A stretch of DNA of 64,000 nt from Octopus sinensis (taxonomy: Eukaryota), in the NCBI RefSeq assembly GCF_006345805.1, contig NC_043024.1, positions 18,352,001 to 18,416,000 of the forward strand. The letters are read 5' to 3'. This document shows positions 1 through 13,017 of the stretch, piece by piece. The translations under genes and the position numbers were made by a program. How positions within the stretch are numbered: position 1 is the first letter of the stretch; the number at the start of each line of letters is the position of its first letter. The notes under the pieces are model-generated. The model was not told the DNA's origin. It saw nothing but the letters and a program-made list of their open reading frames with translations, and did no database searches.

Positions 1-129
1 GAAAGAAAACTGTTAATCAAAGCCATGGTCTGGCAATTCTAGCTGCAATACCCAAACCATTCGGTCACTTTCCCTCACATACAGACATAACACATGTATG
101 AAATAAAATTTAAACTACAGTCCACCGCT

Positions 130-440
130 GCCAAGTGTTATTGGCCGATGCCAGCGCCGCCTTGGCTGGCTTCCGTGCCGGTGGCACGTTAAAAGCACCA
201 ACCAATCATGGCTGATGCCAGACTCCCCTGGCACGTAAAAAGCACCCACTACACTCGCAGAGTGGTTGGCGTTAGGAAGGGCATCCGGCTGTAGAAACAC
301 TGCCAGATCAGACTGGAGCCTGGTGCAGCCTCTGGCTTCCCAGACCCTGGTCGAACCGTTCAACCCGTGCTAGCGCAGAAAACGGATGTTAAACGATGAT
401 GATGATGATGATGATGATGTGATGATGATGATGATGATTC
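130..440 (+). repeat. Interspersed repeat 3' end with (GAT)n tail (family D; SINE or RTE-type LINE 3' end)
   Basis: Motif ggcgttaggaagggcatccggctgtagaaac...cggatgttaaacgatgatgatg. It recurs inverted or partial at about 890-1020, 9585-9735, 10575-10745, 29240-29390, 35515-36080, 46330-46600 and 62720-62905. Confidence 0.75.
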
Positions 441-765
441 ACACATGGCCACCTTCAGATATTATGCATGTATATTAACATGTATATTAACATGTATATT
501 AACATGTATATTAACTACCATCACACATAGTTGCTTACACAGTCATGAAGTTTTAAAATAGTTTTACGTTCAATTATTTTCCATTTTAAAAGTGTGTTCG
601 AAAAGTCTGTTGTTTTGTGAAGTCCAGAATTGATTAAGAATCTTCAGAAATTCTTTGATAATTCTATGTTTTCCTCTATTAGTGTTTTCACTGGCTTCTT
701 TTGAGTGGCTTACATGTTATCTTGGTTGGTGTCGTAGAAAGTACGCTGCCAATTATGCTCTTGTG

Positions 766-801
<36 letters not shown>

Positions 802-1039
802 AGCAGTATATATACACTTAAACCACACAAGACTACATATGTATCATGTATCCGCCTTCTCCTCCTCTTCCTCCTCCTTCCCTTCTCCTCATCATCATCA
901 TCGTCATCACTTAACGTATGCTTTCCATACTGATTGTTGCTGTTAAGGTTGGGACATGCACCATTTCTCCATTGTCTGTTCTGGCATGGTTTCTACAGCT
1001 GGATGCCCTTCCTAACCTCACAACATCATAAGCAGAAAG

Positions 1040-1362
1040 TGTAACCCCTCTCGAAAGAGTGTTTCTCACTCCTGCTCCAGAGCGTCGGCTGGGGGGGGGG
1101 TCACTCCGAAAAGCTCTATCTGCGACGATTTCATCTCAATCAAAGGAGAGGGGCTTTCTCCGTCCGGGTTGCGGATCCGTGGAATAAGCTGCCGGACGAG
1201 ATAGTGAAGATGCCGACGACCGCTCGGTTCAAAGTCTCCCTTGACCACAGTTGCTTGAACTCTTTACATGAACACCACCCTGTACATAACTCCATGTCCC
1301 CCTACATGGCCTTGCTTTTTGCTTTTTGAGCCAAAAAATTAACTAACTAACTAACTAACTAA
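1040..1362 (+). mobile_element. CR1/L2-clade LINE 3' fragment
   Basis: Frameshifted translation ..KLYLRRFHLNQRRG/AFSVRVADPWNKLPDEIVKMPTTARFKVSLDH matches the conserved CR1/L2 ORF2 C-terminus. It ends in a (TAAC)n tail at 1340-1362. Confidence 0.75.
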
Positions 1363-1692
1363 CATGCCAACCACTTTACAAACTGTATCGAGAGCTTTTT
1401 ATGTGGCACCAACATCAATGCTTTTAACATGGCATGAGTACAATTCCTTTTCATGTGGTATCAGCACCAGTAAGCTCTACATGGTACAAGCACCAGTATC
1501 AATTCTGCTTTTGTGGACGGGTCTTCTTGAGTACAGCAAGGTACCAGATATCTTGCTCTTCTGTCATCTCCTTCCGAAGAACCAGCATTCAATCCCTCCC
1601 CCAAAGTCTTCCTAGGTTTCCTTCTTCCTCAAGTTCCTTCCCCTCTAATTGGAACTTCAGTGTACAACTGCCTACATCCATATCTCTTTTCT

Positions 1693-2105
1693 CTTTTACT
1701 CTCTCTCTTTTACTCATTTCAGTCATTTGACTGTGGCCATGCTGGAGCACCGCCTTTAATCGAGCAACTTGACCCCAGGACTTATTCTTTTGTAAGCCCA
1801 GTACTTATTCTATCGGTCTCTTTTTGCCGAACCGCTAAGTGACAGGGACATAAACACACCAGCATCGGTTGTCAAGCAATGCTAGAGGGACAAACATATA
1901 CACACATATGCATATATATATATATATATATATACATATATACGACAGTCTTCTTTCAGTTTCCGTCTACCAAATCCACTCACAAGGCTTTGGTCGGCCC
2001 GAGGCTGTAGTAGAAGACACTTGCCCAAGGTGCCATGCAGTGGGACTGAACCCGGAACCATGTGGTTGGTAAGCAAGCTACTTACCACACAGCTACTCCT
2101 GCACC
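1693..2105 (-). mobile_element. tRNA-headed SINE, family A (CORE-like, internal microsatellite)
   Basis: Head has an A box (tggctgtgtggtaag) and B box (ggttcagtccc), then CORE-like gcaccttgggcaagt, a (TA/CA)n spacer and a 3' half ending gactgaaacaagtaaaagag. At least 20 full or partial copies occur in the window. Confidence 0.85.
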
Positions 2106-2477
2106 TATGTATCATTCTTTTATTCTTTTACTTGTTACAATCATTAGACTGTGGCCATGCTGGAGCACTGAGTTGAAGAAATTTTTGCTGAATGAATTGA
2201 CTTTAGCACGTCTTTTTTAAGCCTGGTACTTTTTGCAGGGAACATAAACACACCAACACTGGCTGTCAAGTGTGGGATAGAGACAAACGAACAATACACA
2301 CATACATGTGTGTATCTATCTATCTATCTATCTATCTAAAACAGGATGTTACTTACTTGCAAACAAATGTGTTAACATGTGGCATTATTGACCGAGGTTA
2401 GCGTGGTCTTTTCTGTAGGCTTTTCTTTCCATGGATAAACCTTATCTGCTTCCCCTTTTACACCTTACATCATGACA

Positions 2478-2645
2478 TTTCTGTGATACACGATCCCTAT
2501 TGATCATTTTTTTCTTTCCCTTTTACGATCCCTTTTGATTGAAAACCTACCCCACTTTTTTTCTCCCCAAAAAAGAAAAGCCCTACTTTGTAATCTGTCC
2601 CGTCTGTGTGCAGCCCTGTGTGGCTAATAAAGAAACATATCTATC
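2478..2645 (+). repeat. Interspersed repeat tail (second copy inverted at 25138-25320)
   Basis: ctactttgtaatctgtcccgtctgtgtgcagccctgtgtggctaataaagaaacatatc is shared with about 25138-25320 on the minus strand. Confidence 0.7.
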
Positions 2646-3002
2646 TATCTATCTATTTCTACACACACACACACACCACACACACACACACACACACATA
2701 CAGATATATGATGGGCTTCTTTCAGTTTAAATTATGATTGTTTTTACCCAATCAGAAAACAGGTTTTGCGCTTTGTGCAGGATAAGTGTCTATCATAAAA
2801 TGAAAGCAAACATTGGAAGACGAAGTTTTAAATGAAATGAAAGCAACTGCATGTCATACGAAGAGTGAGATACGGGGGGGGGCAGCATGTGTGAAAGATA
2901 ATACATATAGAGAGAGTGATGATGAGTGAGGTATATATGCGTATATAAAATATGAATTAGAGATAAAACCACTATTATCTCTAATTCATATTTTATATAT
3001 TT

Positions 3003-3960
3003 AATAATAATAATAATGAAATTATTGTATACAGTTCTCAGGTGCACCACAACTTGTCAGAAAGTGCATATAAAGTACATGCAGTAATGTAGAAATGTCT
3101 GGAAAGTGAACATGCTTGTGTGTGTATGGAGGGGAGAAAATCAAGTGTAGTGTTGGCGAATCTCAGGAAGCATGGAAGTTTTGAAGGATGCAGTGCTCCG
3201 ACAACTAACAACCGATGCCGGCAGTTTGTTCCACGCTTCAGCAACTCTTAGCGTGAAAAAATGTTTCCGAAAGTCATGGGAGCTGTGCTGTTTTCTTACT
3301 TTGTAAATATGTCCACGGGTGTTAGATGGGTGGAGTTTGAAGAGGTGCTCAGAGTTATTGTTTGTGCGATGGTTGATAATTTTATGGGTGTCTGCCAAGT
3401 CAGCTGCCAGACGTCGGAGTTTCAATGTGTCCATGCCCAGGGAAGTAAGGCGTTCAGGATATGGCAAATGCCTGATGGAGGGTATTCTTTTGGTTGCACG
3501 TCGCTGAACAGCTTCCAGACGATTGATGTCCTGGGCAAGATAGGGGTTCCAGACCGGTGATGCAAATTCCAGGTGAGGTCTTACCATAGCTATATAAAGC
3601 CGCAGATAGATAGTCGGAGAGCGGCTCACAAAGGATTTGGTGAGTGATGCCAAGACACCCTCAGCCTTCTTGACAATTTTAGCGATGTGTTTTGTCCAAC
3701 GCAAATCACTGTCGACAATAACACCCAGGTCACGTTCACTTGAAGACTTTTTGAGACTAGAGTTGTGGAGGGAGTAGGTGGACGCTGGGTTTCTCCTCCC
3801 AAAATGCATGGTGGTACATTTGTCCACAGCCAACTTGAGTTGCCAGTCCATGATCCACTGCTGCATTGTGTCCAGGTCTGCTTGCTATAGAGATCCATAG
3901 TGTACAGGATTTGACCTCTTTATTTCGAGGTACAGCTTGATGTCATCTGCATATTTCAGC
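3003..3960 (-). mobile_element. 5'-truncated CR1-clade LINE (RT C-terminal half plus 3' UTR and (TAT)n tail)
   Basis: ORF 3141-3866 contains ERDLGVIVD, RPHLEFASPVWNP, LEAVQRRATKRIP and WNKLP. LKYADDIKLY lies just upstream in another frame at about 3930-3960. Confidence 0.92.
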
Positions 3961-4150
3961 ACTGTGAAATTTGATTTAATACTAAATTGAATTTTTCCTT
4001 GTAAGTTTGGAGTTATTCTCTCTAATATTATTATTATATATGTGTGTATATCTATATAATAGTTGAAATTTGTAGAAAAACAAAAGATGAAGATGCATAT
4101 ATGAACAACAAGCAAGTGTATTATTTTGAAGCTTGGGTAAAATGAAAAAA

Positions 4151-4188
4151 TCTTTTATGTTTTGAGCCTATGCTCTTCAGCAGAAAGG
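4151..4188 (-). ncRNA. Decayed minimal hammerhead-like motif (same family as 58248-58285)
   Basis: Minus strand reads ccttt CTGCTGA a gagc-atag-gctc AAAAC AT A aaaga. GAAA is mutated to AAAA, so it is probably inactive. Confidence 0.4.
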
Positions 4189-4629
4189 AATAAGAGAAAA
4201 TAGAGAGAGAGGAGACAGGCATAACAAAGAGAGAGTCAAGATGGTGGCAGATAGAAAGTGGGACATTTGTCGATCTAAAAGTTCAGTTATATCTCATAGA
4301 AAATTATATTTTATATCATTATTTATGGACAATCTTCTCTTTAGGATACAGATGTCAAAAATCAAATTAATTTTTCTTGAGGATGCACTGTTTCAGAGGT
4401 TTTGGGACTAAACATACAAATCTAACCACTTATACTCACAGTTATATTATATATAAGGCTGTGTGGTAAGAAGCTTGCTTCACAACCACATGTGAGGCAC
4501 CTTGGGGAAAATATCTTCTTCTATAGCCTTGGGCCAGCCAAAACCTTGTGAGTGTATTTTGTAGATGGAAAGAAACCCATTGTATACATACATAAACATA
4601 TGTGTGTGTGTGTATGTATGTACATATAT

Positions 4630-4808
4630 ATATATACATACATACATACATACATACATACATACATACATCACACATACATACATACATACATACATAC
4701 ATACATACATACATACATACATACATACATACACACACATACATACATACATACATACATACACACATACACACATACATACACACACACATACATATAT
4801 ACATACAT

Positions 4809-4841
<33 letters not shown>

Positions 4842-4975
4842 TACATACATACATACATACATACATACATACACACATACACACATACATACACACACAC
4901 ATACATACATACATACATACATACATACATACATACATACATACATACATACATACATACATACACATATATGTA
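4630..4975. repeat. (TACA)n/(CA)n microsatellite
   Basis: Direct inspection; it follows a family A SINE head at about 4462-4590. Confidence 0.95.
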
Positions 4976-5199
4976 TATACAGAGTGCAATGGATAAATTG
5001 TTGCCATTTTTTACTTTTAATTTCATGCATGCGCATTGTTTGTGTTTGATTTTGTTAACTACATAGTATAGAAGGGGAAGTTGGGCACTGGCTGTGAGAA
5101 AAACAACACCCTAACGTAATTCACTCTGCCATAAATTTGAAAATGACATGCTGTGCTGCTTGGCATTCACACGAGAAGCTCCAATACAAACATTTCAGA

Positions 5200-5730
5200 G
5201 CGCTTGGCTTTGAATCTGAAGACAAGTACCATGGGTGATAAAAATCAAACATCCGGTCATCATCATGGTGTTTGGAGTGATCACTAGTGATGGCAATGTT
5301 ATGCCTCCATTCATCTTCCCACACGGCCTCAGACTCAACATGGAGGCCTACATCAAGTGTCTGGAAAAGGTTATGCTGCCCTACGTCAAGGGGTGGCTGC
5401 TGGAAGACCCTATGTTTGGCAACAGGACTCTGCACCCTGCCGCAGAAGCAGGAGAACCCAGTCTTGGCTGTCAGACAATTTCTGCAACCACATCACCCCT
5501 AACATCTGGCCACCTAACTCCCCAGGCCAAAACCCCCTTGATTACAATGTGTGGGGCTCAATTGAGCAAGAGACCAACAAAACTCCTTGTAACACCAAAG
5601 ATGAACTGAAGGCAAGGATTATGGTAGCATTCACCAACTTAAACAAGGAGACTGTCCAGAAGAGTTTCAGGAGATACCGAAGTCGTCTGGAGGCCATGGT
5701 TGAATGCAATGGCGATTTTATTGAATGAAT
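5200..5730 (+). mobile_element. Tc1/mariner maT-type (DD37D) transposase fragment, frameshifted
   Basis: VMVFGVITSDG..WQQDSAP..WPPNSPGQNPLDYNVW; I count 37 residues between the second and third catalytic D. Confidence 0.85.
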
Positions 5731-5751
5731 TTACAAGCTACTTCTTTACTA

Positions 5752-5966
5752 CCCACAAGGGGCTACACACAGAGAAGACAAACAAAGACAGACAAACGGA
5801 TTAAGTCGATTATATCGACCCCAGTGCGTAACTGGTACTTAATTTATCGACCCCGAAAGGATGAAAGGCAAAGTCGACCTTGAATTTGAACTCAGAATGT
5901 AACGGCTGACGAAATACGGCTACGCATTTCGCCTGGCATGCCAACGTTTCTGCCAGCTCGCCGCCT
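5752..5966 (-). mobile_element. tRNA-headed SINE, family B (Meta-core-like)
   Basis: ggcggcgagctggcagaaacgt head, B box gagttcaaattc, core gcctttcatcctttcggggtcgataaattaagtaccag. Confidence 0.8.
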
Positions 5967-6699
5967 TCATACAAGCTACTTACCACACAGCCACTCCTGC
6001 GACTATATATAGATAGATAGGTAGATAGAGAGGGAGAGAGACGTGTGTGCAAGGTGCAGCTATTGCAAGGTGCACTTCCCCTTTATTTCTGTCTCTCCCT
6101 CTCTCTAATACACTCCTTCTTCACTATTCTCTGTCTCACTCCCCCTCTGTGCACCTCATTTGCTCTTTACCAGTTCTCACCTCCTCTCCCTCTTTCTCTT
6201 GCTTTGGACACATATGTTTCATTTGCTCTCCTCGTGTCTCTCTCTTTGTCTCTCTCTCTCTCTCTCACTCCATCTTTTAGCCATGCCTCCTACTCCTTCA
6301 GTCACACTTGTACTTTCATTTTCCCCACAACTCATTTCCTTTTCTTCTGAGATTTCTTAATTTTGAAACGTACACCACACACGCACACACACACACACAT
6401 TTACTAACACGTGCATATAGGTACACATGTATGATGAAACACAAGTATACACATATATACTTATACAAGCGTGCACACACACACACACACACATGCACAC
6501 ACACACATGCGTACACACATGCATATGCAATGCATACACAACTTGACTTATATCCAAATAGTTCACAACACACACAGACACACACAACCCACACACAACT
6601 CACATATACATTGTTTACTAAGACATATACATGCACACATACACACATATGCATATGCACACTCATACACAGACACACATACAACATACATCTCATTAC

Positions 6700-7000
6700 C
6701 ACTAAACCACACACACACATACCCATCCATCAAAATACACATACACATACATCTAACATATACATTGCTCCCTAAGACACATGCACACAAACACACACAC
6801 ACAGATACAGTTACACACATACAGACATAAACACATATGAAGGTTTATAAACACAAATATGCACACACAAATATATACACACGGATACACACACACATAC
6901 ACAGATTCATACATGTACATACAGACATGTACACAACCACACAAACACACAAATCAAATTTACACCATCAACACAGACACTTAGACACACACACAGTCAT

Positions 7001-7038
<38 letters not shown>

Positions 7039-7450
7039 ACACACACACACATACACATCCATCAAAATACACATACACATAGATCTAACATATACATTGC
7101 TCCCTAAGACACACACACAAACATACATACACATCCATCAAAATACACATACACATACATCTAAGACACATGCACACAAACACATACACATACACACAGA
7201 TACATTTACTCACATACAGACACAAACACATATGCAGATTTATACACACAAATACACACACAAATATATACACACAGACATACACAGATTCATACATGCA
7301 CATACAGACATATACACAACCACACAAACACACATACAACACACATATCAAATTTACACCACCAACACAGACACTTAGACACACACACAGTCATGCACAT
7401 ACACACACATAGTCACAATTGCACACTCACACACACATACACACACACAC
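6700..7450. repeat. Diverged ~400-bp tandem duplication in a CA-rich tract
   Basis: catccatcaaaatacac occurs at about 6725, 7056 and 7132; acagacacttagacacacacacagtcatgca occurs at about 6973 and 7366. Confidence 0.7.
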
Positions 7451-7754
7451 ACACATATTGGTTGGTAATTCCATAATAAATGACCAACCTACGACGCAAT
7501 TTTTGTAGAAGTATTTGACAGGAAGCATACTTTTAGGAACTTTTTTTTACCACTTCTATGCTATTTCGATCAAATTATTTGCAATAAGTTTAAAATTAGA
7601 TTTTAAACCGATAAGTTTGTACTTTATCCGTGTCAACACAAAATAATTTGTCTTGATATAAGGGAAGTGGTAATGTGACAGAATTGGTTGAGCATTGTTT
7701 AAAGTGTCTTGCAGTATTTAGCAGTGGTCATAACAAGTTGCCTTCATGCCAAAT

Positions 7755-8240
7755 ACTGTAAATCCTCGAGTATAGTCCACCCTTGAGTATAACACGCAGG
7801 GGATTTTTTCGGGGGATGTACCTCTGAAAAGCCTAAACCTTGTGTATAATACGCACCCCTTCTTTAACTTGAGTCGTGTGTAATTAAGCCAGCAGCACCT
7901 AGTCGGACAAACACTTCCACTCATGCATAATACAATAATGGTGATGTTCTTAACTGTTATATGGGAATGTAAATATGTTTGCAAATTGTTTTTGTTACAT
8001 GTTATTCTGTGTTCTGAATACTTTTATTTTAATAAATGTTGCTTACTGCAAGTTATGGATGATTATTTTATGACTTCATTGCTTTCAGGCTTAGCTTAAG
8101 GTATTTTCACACCTGACAGAACAAAATGCGTTTGAATAAACATTACCAGACAGCAAATAGAGACTCGGACATTGCTTAGAAAATATTTTTCATTTTTAAC
8201 CTCGTATATAGTATGCACTAGGGATTTTGACCTTTAAATT
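7755..8240 (+). mobile_element. Truncated pogo/Tigger-like non-autonomous DNA transposon end
   Basis: tactgtaaatcctcgagtatagtccacccttgagtataacacgca has the TA-CNGTA terminus and subterminal repeats typical of these MITEs. No right TIR found. Confidence 0.4.
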
Positions 8241-8984
8241 AAGTTTGAAGGGAACAGCAGTGATTTCCTTTGATTTCTAGATAGAAAAAATATAGGAAAT
8301 AACACTTACTGACCAAAGGCAACAAGCAAATCTGAGGTATTGAGCAGAATATTTGCTATAATGATATTTCTGCTTTAGCAAACCAACACTGAATCTGTCT
8401 GTAATGTAATGGAAAATAGGTCAGCTTTAAAACATTGCTGTCCAGGTGAGAAACGTAAGGTTTGAAGGGAATGGTAGTCATTTCCTTTGATTTCTAGATA
8501 CAAGCAAATAAGAAATAACATTGACCAAAGAAAAACAAAAATAAAATAAATTGTTACACCGTGTAATGGACTTTAAAATTTTATTTCTTTTAATCCAATA
8601 TTCTCATTTTTACGTCACAATATTTCATACTACAAAGTTTCAGAAGTCTCTGCCAGAACATTAAAGGTGATTCCATGTAGACGGTTCGTGATAATATTGA
8701 AATTAGAGGAATATGGTTGTGTGTACGTAACCAACAAAATCTTTATTTATTTCTATTATGTTTAGTAACTGCTAAGTTTTATGAGACGATAAATTTTGCT
8801 GCGATAACAGAGGATTAAAGTTTTAGAATTTATCAACTGATTCTTTTCCGCAATATTTTCTTTTCTTTGTATTTTCTTATACTTTTCACTGATTTTGTTC
8901 TTTTTTGCTTTCTTGAGAAAAAATAAATGATTTTTACTTCAGACAGATTTGGAATTTAGACTATATAATTTAATTTGGCACTCT

Positions 8985-9600
8985 GCTATCATCATCATCA
9001 TCACAATGATCATCATTATCACAAACATCATTATGATGATGATGATGATGATCATCATCACTGTTGTTGTCATCACCTTCATCATCATCATCGCCATTTT
9101 CCATTTCATCATTATTCTGGTCATCATCCTCATCATCATCATCGTCTGTGTCATCGTCATCATCGTCGTCGTCCTCCTCCTCCTCATCCTCATCATCATT
9201 GTCGTCATCGTCATCATCATCATCATCATCCTCATTGTCGTCATCGTTGTAATCCTCCTCCTCATCCTCATCATCATCATCATTGTCGTCATCGTCATCA
9301 TCATCATCATCATCCTCATTGTCGTCATCGTTGTAATCCTCCTCCTCATCCTCATCATCATCATCATTGTCGTCATCGTCATCATCATCATCATCATCCT
9401 CATTGTCGTCATCATCGTCATCCTCCTCCTCCTCATCATCATCATCGTCGTCATCGTCGTTGTTGGCATCATCATCAGCATCATCAGCGTCATCGATGTC
9501 ATCGTCGTTGTTCTCATCATCATCATCGTCGTCATCTCATCATCATCTTCATTGTCTTCCTCTCCATCATAATCATTATCATAGTCGTTATTGTCATCAT
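8985..9600. repeat. Mixed (CAT/CGT/CCT)n trinucleotide array with an 84-bp higher-order unit
   Basis: ctcattgtcgtcatc recurs at 9231, 9315 and 9399. Confidence 0.9.
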
Positions 9601-10055
9601 TTTACTGCTGCCCCCTTTTTTACGTGCTTGCATGGGTTAGATGGAATTTATTGAAGCAGATTTTTCTACGGCTGGATGCCCTTTCTGTCACCAACTCTTA
9701 TCTGTTTCCAAGCAAGGTAACATTTACCCCATGGTTGTTGTAATCTTTGGTTGGTTAGCTGGCTGGTTGGCTGGTTGAGCTCTCAAGTTACACTTTACAT
9801 TATGTAGAGAGCAAGGGAAACAGAGCAAGAGGGAGACATGCTCAAAGAAAATAAACACAAAAGGGGGCAAGATGGCTGCATCAGCCTAGGCTTGGTGGCA
9901 TGCAATGATTACTATCTAAAAAATACACAATTTTAACGAAATTTTGATGAGGCAGATTGTTATTAACACTTCTTTCCTGTTGCTCTTCAGAGTGAGGGTG
10001 CCAAGCTCATTGGTGCATCAGCAAAAATATTTCATGGTATATTTTCCAAAAGGCG

Positions 10056-10275
10056 GCAAGCTGGCAGAAATGTTAACACACTGGGTGAAATGCTTAGCGG
10101 TATTTCGTCTGCCGTTACGTTGTGAGTTCAAATTCCGCCGAGGTCGACTTTGCCTTTCATCTTTTTGGGGTCGATAAATAAAGTACCAGTTATGCACTGG
10201 GGTCGATATAAACGACTTAATCCCTTTGTCTGTCCTTGTTTGTCCCCTCTATGTTTAGCCCCTTACGGGCAATAA
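10056..10275 (+). mobile_element. SINE family B
   Basis: Same head and core as 5752-5966; a second head fragment lies at 10297-10372. Confidence 0.8.
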
Positions 10276-10571
10276 AAAAATATATATAAACTGGCGAGGC
10301 GGCGAGCTGGCAGAAACGTTAGCACGCCGGGCGAAATGCTTAGCAGTATTTCGTCTGCCGCTACGTTCTGAGGAAGGCAATGCAAAATCACTCCAGTATA
10401 CAACTCAAGTTTAGTCATGGGCGGTGAAGTTCCAGTAATCTACTTAACGATGGCAGGGGAGGGCATGGACCTTCCCAGGTCGTATAGAGAGTACTGGAGA
10501 AGGTTCACAGCCTGAGATTAGCCCAAGGATAGATCACCACCAGAGACCAGAGAGATTGTGATTATGGTGAT

Positions 10572-10608
<37 letters not shown>

Positions 10609-11024
10609 CTTAGCGTCCGTTTTCCATGCTAGCATGGGTTGGACGGTTCTACTGGGGTCTGTGAAGCCAGAAGGCTTCATCAGGCCCAGTCAAATCTGGC
10701 AGTGTTTCTACGGCTGGATGCCCTTCCTAACGCCAGCCACTCCGCCAACATGTTTGCCTGCTTATAGATTTGTGGTTTGTATCTCACCAAAGAAATTCTC
10801 CTTTGTAAGTGGTGTAGTGGTAAGAAGCTTGCTCTCCGGCCACTTGGTTTCAAGTTCAGTCCCAATGCGTGGCACATTGGGGAAATATCTTCTTGGGCTG
10901 ACCAAGGTTTTGCAAGTGGATTTGGTAGATGGAAACCGAAAGAAGCCCATTGTGTATATAATATTTATCTATGTGTGTGTGTGTCTTTGTATGTGTGTCT
11001 GTGCCCAATCTGTTTCTTTACTAT

Positions 11025-11223
11025 CCACAAGGGGCTAAACACAGAGAGGACAAACAAGGACAGACAGACGGATTAAGTCGATTACATCGACCCCAGTGCG
11101 TAACTGGTACTTATTTAATTGACCCCGAAAGGATGAAAGGCAAAGTTGACATCGGCGGAATTTGAACTCAGAACGTAACGGCATTTCGCCTGGCATGCTA
11201 ACGTTTCTGCCAGCTCGCCGCCT
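11025..11223 (-). mobile_element. SINE family B
   Basis: Same head and core as 5752-5966. Confidence 0.8.
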
Positions 11224-11462
11224 TGTCCACAATCATCACTTGACAACCATTTTTGGTGTGTTTATGTCCTTGTAACTTAGCAGTTCAGTAAAAGAGACCG
11301 ATAGAATAAGTACTAAGCTTTAAAAGAAGTATTGGGATCCATTCATTTGACTAAAAATAATTTAAGGCAGTGCTCCAGCATGGCCACAGTAAATGACTGA
11401 AACAAGTAGAATATGAAAGATAAAAGATATATATTCTCCTACTCACTATATTGTTTTCTCAT

Positions 11463-11659
11463 CTCTTTTACTTGTTTCAGTCATTTGACTGTGGCCATGC
11501 TGGGGCACCACCTTTAGTCGAGCAAATCGACCCCAGGACTTATTCTTTGTAAGCCCAGTACTTATTCTATCAGTCTCTTTTGCTGAAACGCTAAGTTACA
11601 GTGATGTAAACACACCAGCATCAGGTGTCAAGTGATGTTGGGGTGACAAACACAGACAC

Positions 11660-11701
<42 letters not shown>

Positions 11702-11775
11702 GATAGGCTTCTTTCAGTTTCTGACTACCAAATCCACTCACAAGGCTTTGGTCGGCTCGAGGCTATAGTAGAAGA
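11463..11775 (-). mobile_element. SINE family A
   Basis: Colinear with 1693-2105; head truncated. Confidence 0.8.
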
Positions 11776-12499
11776 CACTTGCCCAAGGTACCATGCAGTG
11801 GGACTGAACCTGGAACTATGTGGTTCGTAAGCAGCCTAGACTCATATTTTTTTATAATCAGCTCATGTTTTGATACAGATTTACTATAAGAAAACAAAGG
11901 TTTCTAAAGCCAATCCAGAGTTATCCCTCTTGTAATACACTGTGCTGATGATAGGCAATGAGGGAGAAATGCAGTCATAGATTTGCCAGAGAACAGCTTG
12001 AAGTGACTGTTGGTGTTTTGCCCCTTATTACCAACAGCAAAACATTCCTCACAATGGCAAATAGTAGCAATAATGATCTTTGTACAGTTTAAATGTTTGA
12101 AAAATATTTGGAGTGATCTAAATGTTTGTTAATTACATATATTTCTTGCAAATATACAAATAAAAAAAATTGTTTTATTTAATTTCATTTTAAGGTAACA
12201 AATATTTTTCTTTTGAAAATTAGTATTCATTTCATTATATTTTGTATAAGCACCAAAACATTTGTTAAAAGTGGAATTGTAATTATTATATATATATTTA
12301 TTGCAAACATACAAATGAAAAATTTGTTTTATTTAATTTCATTTTAAGATAATAAATATTTTCATTTCAAAATTAATATTTATTTCATGAATTTTGCATA
12401 AGCACTAAGAAATTTGATAAAAGTTGAATTATAAATTTTGTATGTGTGCTTATAATTCCTGATATTACCCAGGGAGACAAGGTATGCTTTAAATGATAT

Positions 12500-13015
<516 letters not shown>

Positions 13016-13017
13016 TA

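Noticed and set aside
4442-5066. Long ORFs made of YI, HT, CV and MYVC repeats (also at 6300-7400, 12380-13045, 25800-27400, 33200-35000, 41000-41500 and 47080-47500)
   Set aside because: These are translations of (TA)n, (CA)n and (TACA)n microsatellites; no coding evidence.
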